NCBI GenBank assembly: GCA_034520215.1
Contig: JAXHNR010000001.1
Location: 732,560-796,559 of the forward strand
Source: Candidatus Krumholzibacteriota bacterium
GTDB lineage: Bacteria > Krumholzibacteriota > Krumholzibacteriia > Krumholzibacteriales > WJIX01
Reading direction: 5' to 3'
Length of the DNA: 64,000 nt
The notes under the pieces were generated by a model. That model saw only the letters and a list, made by a program, of their open reading frames with translations. It had not been told where the DNA came from and searched no databases. Below are positions 1-9,220 of this stretch, piece by piece. Position 1 is the stretch's first letter, and each line of letters starts with the position of its first letter. The position numbers and the translations under genes were made by a program.

Positions 1-186
1 AAAGAGATTCTAAGGGCTGATTACTGTCTGCGGGCATTACCGCTAAAAGAGGGCGATCATAAGATCAATTTTAATTATCAACCTAGAGTGATAGAAGCTT
101 CGTTAACATTATCGATTATAAGCTTTATATTGTCAGTGTTTTTGTCTATAGCCGGGTTTTTAATATTCAGGAGAAAGGTCGGTTGA
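1..186 (+). CDS. 3' end of an upstream membrane protein (partial; hydrophobic C-terminal segment), function unknown
   Basis: Frame 1 is open from the window edge to the TGA at 184-186 (…LTLSIISFILSVFLSIAGFLIFRRKVG*). Its stop overlaps the TTG start of the next gene (TTGA), consistent with operon packing. Confidence 0.3.
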   Translation, partial: KEILRADYCLRALPLKEGDHKINFNYQPRVIEASLTLSIISFILSVFLSIAGFLIFRRKVG

Positions 187-914
187 AATTGGATGCTCTT
201 GTTGTAATCCCCACGTATAATGAAGAGGAGAATGTTCGGGAGATAATAAGCATAGTTCTGGGAGTTTCGGACAATCTGGGAGTATTAATTGTTGATGATA
301 ACTCTCCGGATGGAACTGGCGAGATTGCCGAGAGAATAGCAGAGGAAGATGAAAGAGTTAACGTTATTCACAGGCAGGGTAAAATGGGTTTGGGGTCAGC
401 TTATATAGCCGGGTTCAAATGGGCTTTGACGAACACTCCAGCAAAATATATTTTCGAGATGGATGCCGATTTTTCCCATAACCCGGAGGATATCCTCAGG
501 TTTCTCGATGCAATCCGAAATAACGATCTGGTGGTTGGATCCAGATATCTTAAGGGGATAACAGTTGTCAACTGGCCCCTGCGCCGGTTGATTCTGAGTT
601 ACGGAGCGAATCTATATACAAGAATTATTACGGGGCTTCCGCTCACAGATTCTACCGGGGGCTTTAAATGTTTCAGGCGCGAAGTCCTGGAAAAAATGCC
701 ACTCGAAAAAATTCACAGCGATGGATATTCATTTCAGATCGAGATGAATTACCTATGCTGGAAAAAGGGTTTCCGAATCAAAGAGATTCCTGTAGTTTTT
801 ACCGATAGAAGAGTCGGCGTCTCTAAAATGTCGAAAAAGATTGTTTGGGAAGCTGTTTTTCTGGTATGGCGTTTAAGATTTATGAGTATAAGCCATATGA
901 AAAAGTTTAAATAA
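183..914 (+). CDS. GT2 polyprenyl-phosphate sugar synthase (Dpm1/Ppm1/ArnC/GtrB-like; dolichol-phosphate mannosyltransferase family)
   Basis: TTG start preceded by an AGGAGA ribosome-binding site. The N-terminus VVIPTYNEEENV…DDNSPDGT and an FEMDADFSHNPED DxD-type motif are typical of Dpm1-like GT2 enzymes. Length is 243 aa. Confidence 0.75.
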   Translation: MKLDALVVIPTYNEEENVREIISIVLGVSDNLGVLIVDDNSPDGTGEIAERIAEEDERVNVIHRQGKMGLGSAYIAGFKWALTNTPAKYIFEMDADFSHNPEDILRFLDAIRNNDLVVGSRYLKGITVVNWPLRRLILSYGANLYTRIITGLPLTDSTGGFKCFRREVLEKMPLEKIHSDGYSFQIEMNYLCWKKGFRIKEIPVVFTDRRVGVSKMSKKIVWEAVFLVWRLRFMSISHMKKFK

Positions 915-940
915 TTCTAATTTAAAAAGACAAATTCTTT

Positions 941-3016
941 ATGGATCTTTCAATAGTTATTGTTACTTACAACAGCAAGAATGTAATTGGAAAATGCATT
1001 TCCAGTTTGAAAGAATATTCTCCTTCCTGTAATTATGAAATAATAGTAATAGATAATGCCAGTAAAGACGGTACGCCTGAATTTGTAAGCAGCGAATTCA
1101 ATAATGTCAGGGTAGAAGCAAACAGTAGAAACAAAGGATATTCAGGGGGAGTAAATCAGGGGGTTTCCCTTTCAAAAGGACGTATGGTTTTGATCCTTAA
1201 TCCCGATATAGTAGTAAGAGAGAAATCTATAGACAGATTATTTGATTTTATGGAAAAGACACCGGACGCGGCGATGGTAGGGTCAAAGCTGCTTAACTCT
1301 GATGGATCTCTGCAATATTCCTGCCGGTCTTTTTATACGATAAAGGCTCTTTTTCTCCGGCGGACATTCTTAGGCAAGCTGTTTCCAAGAGCTAAGTCAT
1401 TGCGCAGGCATCTCATGCTGGATTATGATCATCAAAAAACCAGAAGAGTGGACTGGATTCTTGGAGCCTGCATGATGGTCCGCGCAGAAGTAATTGAAAA
1501 AATCGGGATGATGGATGAAAGGTTTTTCCTTTATTTTGAAGATGTTGACTGGTGTTACCGGATAAAACAGTTTGGATGGAATGTTTATTATCTGCCGCGG
1601 TCCGTTATGACTCATTTATATATGAGATCGAGTTCACGTTCCATGTTCCGTAAACCGTTCTTGATTCATCTTCTCAGTTTGTTGAAATATTATGATAAAT
1701 GGAATGTGGTATTCTATTTTTTCAAGAGACACAGGGCGATGCTAAAATCACTGACATTTGTTATTGTCGATATTTTGGCAATTAACGCGAGTTTCTTCCT
1801 GGCATATTGGCTTCGCGCGATCGCGGACTCCTTTTTCGCGCATGGTTTGTATCCACTGTCCTGGTATTACTATTTTATTTATTTCTATAACATTATATTT
1901 TTCTTCTCATTCCTTTTCGGAAAGCTGTATAGTATCAGGCGTGAGACAAGTTCTATAGAGGAATTCAGCAGAATCATAAAAGCAGTCCTTGTTTCATTGA
2001 CTGTGATAATGACTTCCACCTATCTGCTTCGTATTAGAATATATTCAAGGGTGATCATACTGGGCCAAGGTGTTTTTGGAATTATTATTGTTTTTACCTT
2101 TAGAAAATTAATTCGAACAGTACACCGGTTATTTGTTGAAGCCGGATTTGACCGCAAAAGGGTGGGGCTGGTTGCCAAAAGGGAAGAAACGGAAACTTTT
2201 CTAGAATCTGTTTCTTCTTCCCCTGAGCTGGGATTAGATATCGCCGGACATATTAATTACGAAGAGAATTCTTTGGGTACACCCGATGAAATTGTGGAAA
2301 TTATTGATAGATTTAAAATTCATGAAATATTTATTTTCCCGTCATTCGAGAACACTGATATAATGTTCACCTTAGTATCAAGCAATAAATTCAGTACTAT
2401 TCAGATAAGGATCGTTTCGCCTATTGCTCGTTTCCTGAGCGACAGAGTAAGGGTCGACAATATAGGAGGGGATTATCTGTTCTCTGTTGAGAAGGGCTCT
2501 GCTTTTCAATTGAGAAAGTGGATAATACGTGTTTTTGACATTTCCCTGTCTTCTTTGCTATTACCCATTTCAACAGTACTTTCTTTGCTTTTGAAGTTGT
2601 ACGGAAAGTGTAGAGTTAATATCTCCTTTTATAGCGAGAGGAGATTTGCGGGAGGTAAAAGAAGAATATTGTGGCCCAGGATAGTATTCGAGTCAGGCAG
2701 GGAGGCAAGTGATATTTTCAAGCCCGGGTTATATTTCTCCGTATTGAAAGGAAAGTTAAGTTTTGTGGGAGCTCCTGCTCTTCTCGCCGAGGATAGTATA
2801 ACACACTTTTGCTCAGAGGGCGCCTATTACAAACCGGGGATTACAGGACGATGGAGAATTTCGCCTACCGGCAACTTTCCCGCTTTAATCGAAGAAGAGA
2901 TAGTTGCACTGCAAAAACAGTCTTTAACAAATTATATATTATTAATATTTAAATCGTTTTTAGTATCCTTGTCAGGGACTTACCCCGAATGGTTTTATAT
3001 TGAGGATGGGGAATAA
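941..3016 (+). CDS. Bifunctional fusion of an N-terminal GT2 glycosyltransferase to a WbaP-like polyprenyl-phosphate phosphoglycosyltransferase (transmembrane segments, a CoA-binding-like cytoplasmic domain and a C-terminal Bac_transf domain)
   Basis: The N-terminus IVIVTYNSKNVI…IDNASKDGT with an EDVDW DxD motif marks a GT2 domain. The middle carries several hydrophobic helices. The C-terminus aligns by eye to PglC/WbaP (KRxFD-like RVFDISLSSLLL; xVLKGxxSxVGxP seen as FSVLKGKLSFVGAPA; KPGITGW seen as KPGITGRWRI). Confidence 0.6.
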   Translation: MDLSIVIVTYNSKNVIGKCISSLKEYSPSCNYEIIVIDNASKDGTPEFVSSEFNNVRVEANSRNKGYSGGVNQGVSLSKGRMVLILNPDIVVREKSIDRLFDFMEKTPDAAMVGSKLLNSDGSLQYSCRSFYTIKALFLRRTFLGKLFPRAKSLRRHLMLDYDHQKTRRVDWILGACMMVRAEVIEKIGMMDERFFLYFEDVDWCYRIKQFGWNVYYLPRSVMTHLYMRSSSRSMFRKPFLIHLLSLLKYYDKWNVVFYFFKRHRAMLKSLTFVIVDILAINASFFLAYWLRAIADSFFAHGLYPLSWYYYFIYFYNIIFFFSFLFGKLYSIRRETSSIEEFSRIIKAVLVSLTVIMTSTYLLRIRIYSRVIILGQGVFGIIIVFTFRKLIRTVHRLFVEAGFDRKRVGLVAKREETETFLESVSSSPELGLDIAGHINYEENSLGTPDEIVEIIDRFKIHEIFIFPSFENTDIMFTLVSSNKFSTIQIRIVSPIARFLSDRVRVDNIGGDYLFSVEKGSAFQLRKWIIRVFDISLSSLLLPISTVLSLLLKLYGKCRVNISFYSERRFAGGKRRILWPRIVFESGREASDIFKPGLYFSVLKGKLSFVGAPALLAEDSITHFCSEGAYYKPGITGRWRISPTGNFPALIEEEIVALQKQSLTNYILLIFKSFLVSLSGTYPEWFYIEDGE

Positions 3017-5304
3017 TGAAATATTTTATTCTATTGATTGCCGCGGCAGTTATATTTCCCGGTTCAGTGGTCCGCGCTGATATAAACTGGGATGTTTATA
3101 TATCTCAAAGCAAGGTAAACGCGATAGAGGTGGTGGGGGATAGTCTATGGTGTGCTACGGACGGCGGAATTATGCTGTTTGACAAGGGTGATTCGGTCTA
3201 TACCTCTTATTTAAACGGTCTTGAATTACGATCGAGTAATGTGGAAGCGGTTACTGTTGACGCGAATAATGATATCTGGGCGGGATTCAGAGGACACGGT
3301 GTAGCCCGTATAAGAAATACAGGGCAGGAGGCGAATTGGTATACGGAAGAATACGGTTTAATAAGTGACAGTGTAACCTGTATAGCCAATGTAGATAATG
3401 AAATATACTATGGGACAGTGAAAGGTATAGGTAAATTTGTGGAAAAGATTCCTTCAGGGGAAATGGTGCTTACAGATAGTTTGAGCGGTTCAACTATAAA
3501 TGATATTTTTGCTGTCAACGATACTATTTTATGGGTAGCTGGTTCGGACGGCGTGTCGAGATTCAACAGAGAAAGTTTTGATTATGATTTCTTTCCTCTC
3601 AGCAATGCTGTTTCTCTATGCTCTTTTAACGGTAATATTTATTGTGCCACAGACAGCACCATACAGTTTTTAGATGACGGAAAGTGGTCAGTGTTGGGAT
3701 TTCCCTCCGGCCCCGACAAATATCCGTTTGTTGCTGTAGCCTCCGGAGGCGGGGAGCTCTTTTGTATAACAGCGGACAGACTTTATAATTGGGACCTTTC
3801 ATCATCTGTATGGCGGAGCGTTGATTTCGTAGGAATGAAGGGTTTATTCTATTCTGAATATAAATTATCTGGGAGGTTCAATCTGAGAGCCCTTGGTATT
3901 GACAATGCGGGTATGCCCTGGATTGGCGGTGATAGCGCGGAGAGACCCGGAAGAGGAGTACACATCTGCTCTTATGACGGAGGCGCATGGATAACGAGGA
4001 ATCCGGGAGGACTTAATTCTAATATAATCAGAAGAGTCGATATGGACCCCGAGGGAGGGGTATGGGTTAGTACGACTTTTTTTGGAGTTTGTTATAATTC
4101 AGGGAATGACAACTGGATTTCATATATAGATTCCCTGTCCTATCTCAATTATAACATTGCTCTTATCTGTGATTCAAACGGAAGGCTGTGGAGTAGCGCG
4201 CTTGAAAATCCACTTGATATGGTTGAACTTGGAGAACGGCTTGTTGCTGAAGATGACAGGTGGAATAGATTTACCAGAGATGAAGACGGAATATCTTCGA
4301 GGCATATAAATATCGCGGAAGACCCCGCCGGTAATATCTGGTTTCTTTCTGATGACGATTATCCTTCGAAAGGATGGGGGATAGATATTGTAAACGCGTC
4401 CGCGACCGAGTGGATAAGTATAACACCGAGTAACAGTGATATTGCAGGAGGCAATGTAAGGGACTGCGTTTTTGATGGTTCCAGCGCTTATCTGGCTATC
4501 AATGATTACGGCGTTCAAGTGTGGAACACAGGGGGATTTGAATGGTCATCACTTAAGGATCGAAGTGATGATTATTGGTATACTGCTGTTGATCAAACAG
4601 ATCTTTCAAGTACTGAACTGAACGCTCTTGAGATTATTGAAGATAATTTATGGGTGGCGAGCGGGGGAGAATTATTGAAACAGGGTAGTAGTGGAAATTT
4701 GATAATATACACAAGCGATTTGACCGATGAGAAGAGGAAGATATTAAATAATGAGGTAAATGATTTAGATAGGGATGATTTCGGGAATTTATGGGTTGCA
4801 ACAAGCGCCGGATTGAATATTATTGACAAGAATGGTGAAGTTAAGGGAATTTATACGACTTATGATTACTGGAAATCTAATTTTCAGATCACATATCCCA
4901 ATTCAGTGATTTCACCCCTTCCCGATGCTTATTGCAAATCCCTTGCTTTCGATGGAGTGAACGACAAAATGTGGGTTGGAACGGGGAAAGGTATCGCCGG
5001 TATTGATATGGGAATTCTTTCACCGGAACAAAGCCCCCTTTCGGAATTATTTCTTTATCCAAATCCGGTATATTGTCACAACGGTGATGATGAACTGAAG
5101 ATTTCTGGTATATCGGGCATTGTGGATGTGGAAATTTACAATATCGAAGGAGAGCTTGTACACGAAAAGGAGAATATTTCTGACGGAGAAGTGATATGGG
5201 ATATTCTTACAATTAATGGATTTAAGGTCGTCTCCGGCATATATATTGTTAGGGTTATCGGAAATAACAGTTCAGAGATAAGAAAGGTTGCGGTTGTCAG
5301 GTGA
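3016..5304 (+). CDS. Secreted beta-propeller protein (Reg_prop/Y_Y_Y-type repeats) with a Por/T9SS-type C-terminal sorting domain
   Basis: Signal peptide MKYFILLIAAAVIFPGSVVRA. Repeated blades of the form IWAGFRGHGVARI, IYYGTVKGIGKF, LWVAGSDGVSRF. The C-terminal roughly 80 aa (LFLYPNPV…IEGELV…SGIYIVRVIGNN…RKVAVVR) matches the Por_Secre_tail pattern (YPNPF…G.YFY.V). Confidence 0.6.
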   Translation: MKYFILLIAAAVIFPGSVVRADINWDVYISQSKVNAIEVVGDSLWCATDGGIMLFDKGDSVYTSYLNGLELRSSNVEAVTVDANNDIWAGFRGHGVARIRNTGQEANWYTEEYGLISDSVTCIANVDNEIYYGTVKGIGKFVEKIPSGEMVLTDSLSGSTINDIFAVNDTILWVAGSDGVSRFNRESFDYDFFPLSNAVSLCSFNGNIYCATDSTIQFLDDGKWSVLGFPSGPDKYPFVAVASGGGELFCITADRLYNWDLSSSVWRSVDFVGMKGLFYSEYKLSGRFNLRALGIDNAGMPWIGGDSAERPGRGVHICSYDGGAWITRNPGGLNSNIIRRVDMDPEGGVWVSTTFFGVCYNSGNDNWISYIDSLSYLNYNIALICDSNGRLWSSALENPLDMVELGERLVAEDDRWNRFTRDEDGISSRHINIAEDPAGNIWFLSDDDYPSKGWGIDIVNASATEWISITPSNSDIAGGNVRDCVFDGSSAYLAINDYGVQVWNTGGFEWSSLKDRSDDYWYTAVDQTDLSSTELNALEIIEDNLWVASGGELLKQGSSGNLIIYTSDLTDEKRKILNNEVNDLDRDDFGNLWVATSAGLNIIDKNGEVKGIYTTYDYWKSNFQITYPNSVISPLPDAYCKSLAFDGVNDKMWVGTGKGIAGIDMGILSPEQSPLSELFLYPNPVYCHNGDDELKISGISGIVDVEIYNIEGELVHEKENISDGEVIWDILTINGFKVVSGIYIVRVIGNNSSEIRKVAVVR

Positions 5305-6716
5305 ATAAGAGAAAAAGAATTCTCATAGTGGGAGCGGGCGAAGCCGCTAGAATGGTAGTTTCCAGGATAAAGGAAAACAAAGAACTTGGATTGGTTGTTG
5401 TTGGCCTGCTGGATGATAATCCTGACCTTGACGGAAAAAAAATTGACGGTATTCCAGTTTTCGGGAAGACCTCACGTCTGGAAGAGTTTGTACTGGAGAA
5501 AAAGATCGATGAGATTATAATAGCGATCCCGACGGCTCCGCGCCCTTTTGTAAGGAATATGATACATCTATGCGGTAGGGCGGGGACTCCATATAAGATA
5601 GTTCCCGGTGTCATGGAGATAATCAAGGGTGATGTCAGCATTAATCAGATTCGTGAGGTTCGTGTTGAGGATCTCCTGGGAAGAGAGACGGTTGATTTTG
5701 AACTCGATTATATCAAACCCGCTCTATCCGGAAAGCGAGTGCTTGTAACTGGAGCTGGCGGAACGATAGGGAGTGAACTCTGCCGTTATATTTCTTATGT
5801 AAACCCCGCTGAACTTATACTTCTGGGGAGGGGGGAGAACAGAATATTTGAGATTGAAGAAGAGTTGAAAACAAAATTCAAAGATATTAAGATATCGACA
5901 GTCATTAACAATCTGAGGAATCCGCAGAGGACTAAAAGACTGATTGCTACCATTTCCCCTGATATCATCTATCATACTGCCGCCCATAAGCATGTTCATT
6001 ATATGGAAGAAGATCCCGAGGAAGCAATTATAAATAATGTAGGTACAACTCTCAATCTTGCCAGGGCTTCCGCAGAAGCTGAGACGGAGCGTTTTGTATT
6101 TATCTCTACAGATAAAGCGGCGAATCCCCGAGGTGTAATGGGGGCCTCTAAACGCGTTATGGAGTTGTATTTTTCGACTCACGGGCGCATGGATAAATGC
6201 CGTTTTATATCTGTGCGTTTCGGTAATGTGATAGGGAGCGCGGGTAGTGTTGTTCCCCTGTTTCTCAAACAGATTGAAAGGGGAGGCCCCGTTACGGTGA
6301 GCCATCCTCAGGCCGCTCGCTACTTTATGACAGTAAAAGAAGCGGCGCTTCTGGTACTTGAGGCGTCTGTAATGGGGGATGGAGGAGAGATATTTATTCT
6401 CGATATGGGAGAGGCAATAAACATCCTTGAGATGGCAAAAGATATTATCGTACTTACAGGCCATATTCCGGAGAAGGAGATATCAATAGAATTTACAGGA
6501 CTGCGTCCCGGAGAGAAGCTCCTTGAAGAGCTTGTAAATGTGGAGGAAAATCTGGTTTCGTCTGAACAGGAGAAGATATTCCTCGCCCGGTCCTCGTCAC
6601 AAATCCCCGCTGAATTGGATGAAAAGATAGAAAAAATGGTGCAATTTGCCGTAGAGGGAAAGAAAAACAAGATGTTGGAGATCTTAAGAACTCTAGTTGC
6701 CGGTTTATATAATTGA
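5301..6716 (+). CDS. CapD/PglF/WbpM-like nucleotide-sugar 4,6-dehydratase/epimerase (Polysacc_synt_2 family), soluble short form
   Basis: GTG start overlapping the upstream stop (GTGA). The N-terminus ILIVGAGEAAR is CoA-binding-like, and VLVTGAGGTIGSELCRYI is the Rossmann NAD(P) motif of the CapD family. Length is 471 aa. Confidence 0.75.
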   Translation: MNKRKRILIVGAGEAARMVVSRIKENKELGLVVVGLLDDNPDLDGKKIDGIPVFGKTSRLEEFVLEKKIDEIIIAIPTAPRPFVRNMIHLCGRAGTPYKIVPGVMEIIKGDVSINQIREVRVEDLLGRETVDFELDYIKPALSGKRVLVTGAGGTIGSELCRYISYVNPAELILLGRGENRIFEIEEELKTKFKDIKISTVINNLRNPQRTKRLIATISPDIIYHTAAHKHVHYMEEDPEEAIINNVGTTLNLARASAEAETERFVFISTDKAANPRGVMGASKRVMELYFSTHGRMDKCRFISVRFGNVIGSAGSVVPLFLKQIERGGPVTVSHPQAARYFMTVKEAALLVLEASVMGDGGEIFILDMGEAINILEMAKDIIVLTGHIPEKEISIEFTGLRPGEKLLEELVNVEENLVSSEQEKIFLARSSSQIPAELDEKIEKMVQFAVEGKKNKMLEILRTLVAGLYN

Positions 6717-6743
6717 TATTATTAACCCCGGAGAAGTAATATT

Positions 6744-7697
6744 TTGGTCAAAATAGAAATTGAAGAAAGAGTTGAAGAAGGCGAAATATACAAACTTTTA
6801 GATAAGATTAAATTCCGCAATTTTTTTAATACTCCCATCTGGATTGATATTCTCGAATCATCGTTTAGTGAGTTTTCAGCTCGTTGGATTACCGCCAGAA
6901 TAGGAAAAACCCTTTTAGGCTTTATGCCTGTTATTTTTATCAAAAGGAATATCTTTTATTTTATTCGCAGTCTCCCTTTCGGAACATACGGAACACCGGT
7001 AGCAGAAGATGGAGATATTTCAAAGAGTTTGGTAGAGCAGTTTCTAAAGCTTTCAACATCTTTCAGGTGTCTTAACGCGACCGCTGTAATATTTGATCCG
7101 GATTGGGATGAATGGCTCTCTTCTGCCGGGCTGTACGAAGTCGCCGAATGCAGAATTGCTGATTTGAAAGGCGGTTTTGAGGATTATAGAATGGTTAAGC
7201 TAAGCAGTTCTAAAAGGAAAGCATGCAATGGCTGCCAAAGAGCGGGTGTTGTTGTAAGACCTCTGAAAACAAAGGGGGAAGTTCTAAACTTTTATGATAT
7301 CTACACCGATATGGCTGCCCGATGGGGAGGTGTTCATCCTTTTCCCCTAAGTCTTTTTATGGAATTGTTCGTAAAGGGAGGCAGCAATGTTCTGATTCTG
7401 GGCGCCTTTCTCGATAACAGGTTATTGGGAGGTCATGTGGATTTTTATTATGGAGATATAGCTCAGGCATGGCAGGCCGGCGTTTCTGAAGAAGCTAAAA
7501 GTTACGGAGTTTCCCCTTATCTTGTTCTTCGTGCTATAGAGGAAGCATATAGGAGAAAGATGAAATTCTTTAATATGGGAAGCAGCGGGGGAGACGAAGG
7601 ATTGATTTATTTTAAAGAGTCGTTGGGTGGAAGAGAATTCAACTATCCGGTAGTAAAATCAGGGAAAAGATGGTGGGAATGGATAAGAAACCTGTAG
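6744..7697 (+). CDS. FemAB-family / Acetyltransf_6 (BioF2-like GNAT fold) protein typical of exopolysaccharide loci
   Basis: TTG start with a GGAGAAG ribosome-binding site. At 317 aa with FemAB-like N- and C-lobes (…FNMGSSGG…), it resembles the FemAB-related proteins associated with exopolysaccharide loci. The family assignment is made by eye only. Confidence 0.4.
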   Translation: MVKIEIEERVEEGEIYKLLDKIKFRNFFNTPIWIDILESSFSEFSARWITARIGKTLLGFMPVIFIKRNIFYFIRSLPFGTYGTPVAEDGDISKSLVEQFLKLSTSFRCLNATAVIFDPDWDEWLSSAGLYEVAECRIADLKGGFEDYRMVKLSSSKRKACNGCQRAGVVVRPLKTKGEVLNFYDIYTDMAARWGGVHPFPLSLFMELFVKGGSNVLILGAFLDNRLLGGHVDFYYGDIAQAWQAGVSEEAKSYGVSPYLVLRAIEEAYRRKMKFFNMGSSGGDEGLIYFKESLGGREFNYPVVKSGKRWWEWIRNL

Positions 7698-9220
7698 AAT
7701 CAGGGCAATCAAGGCTAGTGGAAAATACAGTATCTCTTACTGTATCGGGGATATTCAGTGTTGTCTTTACCCTGACACAACTTGGACTTCTCAGCCGTTT
7801 TTTAGGGGGTGAAGAGTTTGGCCTCTTTATCGCTCTAAGAGGATTGCATATCCTTCTTGCCACATTAATTCTCCTTGGTTTGCCGCAGGTACTTATGAGA
7901 TTTATACCTTCCTATCAGGGAAGAGGAATGAGAAAAAAGGCTTTTCTTCTTTTCCTTTCCTCAACGGGGATCGTTCTGTTTCTAGGTGCACTGCTGTATT
8001 CTGCAGCAGATCTCTGGAAGGGATGGATGCCTTCGAGACTGACGGAATTGCTTATCAGCAGAGATATTATATTCTGGCTGACACTTGCTTCTATCACACT
8101 CGGACTTAAGTTGTTGCTTTACGGGGCATTCAAAGGGTTAAGGGTTATGAGCGCCCAGATGGTTTTGGAGCTTTCCTGTCTAGGTCTCTTTACGGGATAT
8201 ATTTTCTTTACAAGGAACAGTCTGAGTGTTATTTCGCTTTTCCGCGCGCTTTTTGTAATTAATTTTCTTGTCTGCCTTACGGGGTTTCCTTTCTATTTCA
8301 GTTTGTCAAAACGTCTGATCGGCAAAGAGATAATCAGGAAAGACAATATTATCCTTCCGAAATTATTTCCATACTGGGGAAATTGCCTTCTCTTGAGCTT
8401 TGTAGCGCTTGCTTTTACCGATATTGACCGTTTTGCAATGTCATCAATGCTTCCAGTAGCGATGATTTCCGTATTTCATATAGCTTCCAGGATAAATGTG
8501 TTTCTGAAGAGATTCCTGGGATTTCCAATTATTGCCCTTCAGCCTGAAGTGACAAGGCTTTATGAAGAAGGCAGGTGGGGTGAATTCAAAAGTAAAATTG
8601 TTCTTTTTACAAAAGTAACTTTTGTCGCTTCGTTGCTAATGGTTGCCGTAGTTGCAATTACGGGGGGTGATATTATATCGTTAATTGCCGGAACAGGATA
8701 TAAAAACGCCTATACAATTTTATTGATCCTTTTGCCGACAGTACCTATCGCCGCTTTCATTGCCCCCCTTCTGGTAACGATGAAGGGGCTGCATTATATA
8801 AAATGGGCACTTCTTTGTGATTTAATCTGGATGATCGTCTATTTTGGCGGATTTCCATTTTTTGTTTCCCGTTTGGGATTGAAGGGAATGGCGGTCGCCC
8901 AACTGATTGCTTCTATCACCCAGATGCTATGTGCCGTTCTGATAGCTCGAAAGCAGGGCTTCTACGGAGGTATAGGGAGACGTGTATTCCGCGTTATACT
9001 CATAGTCGCGGTTATAATACCTGTTGGTATTTCAGCCGCGACTCTCTTGGGTCTGTGGGTATCGTTGTTATCCTTCGCAATGTTCCCTTTTTTATGCCGA
9101 TTTGTCTTCGGGCAGTTAGGTTTGTTTGAACCCGATGATGTGGAGCAGATTCTTAGTTTGATAAAATTCCGGTGGGGTAAGAGAATTGCCGGATGGTTTT
9201 TTCAGTTTGAAGTAGCATGA
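7670..9220 (+). CDS. Wzx-like polysaccharide flippase / polysaccharide biosynthesis membrane protein (MOP superfamily)
   Basis: 516 aa and highly hydrophobic throughout, with roughly 12 or more predicted helices. It sits inside the glycan locus and overlaps the upstream gene. Confidence 0.55.
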   Translation: MVGMDKKPVESGQSRLVENTVSLTVSGIFSVVFTLTQLGLLSRFLGGEEFGLFIALRGLHILLATLILLGLPQVLMRFIPSYQGRGMRKKAFLLFLSSTGIVLFLGALLYSAADLWKGWMPSRLTELLISRDIIFWLTLASITLGLKLLLYGAFKGLRVMSAQMVLELSCLGLFTGYIFFTRNSLSVISLFRALFVINFLVCLTGFPFYFSLSKRLIGKEIIRKDNIILPKLFPYWGNCLLLSFVALAFTDIDRFAMSSMLPVAMISVFHIASRINVFLKRFLGFPIIALQPEVTRLYEEGRWGEFKSKIVLFTKVTFVASLLMVAVVAITGGDIISLIAGTGYKNAYTILLILLPTVPIAAFIAPLLVTMKGLHYIKWALLCDLIWMIVYFGGFPFFVSRLGLKGMAVAQLIASITQMLCAVLIARKQGFYGGIGRRVFRVILIVAVIIPVGISAATLLGLWVSLLSFAMFPFLCRFVFGQLGLFEPDDVEQILSLIKFRWGKRIAGWFFQFEVA

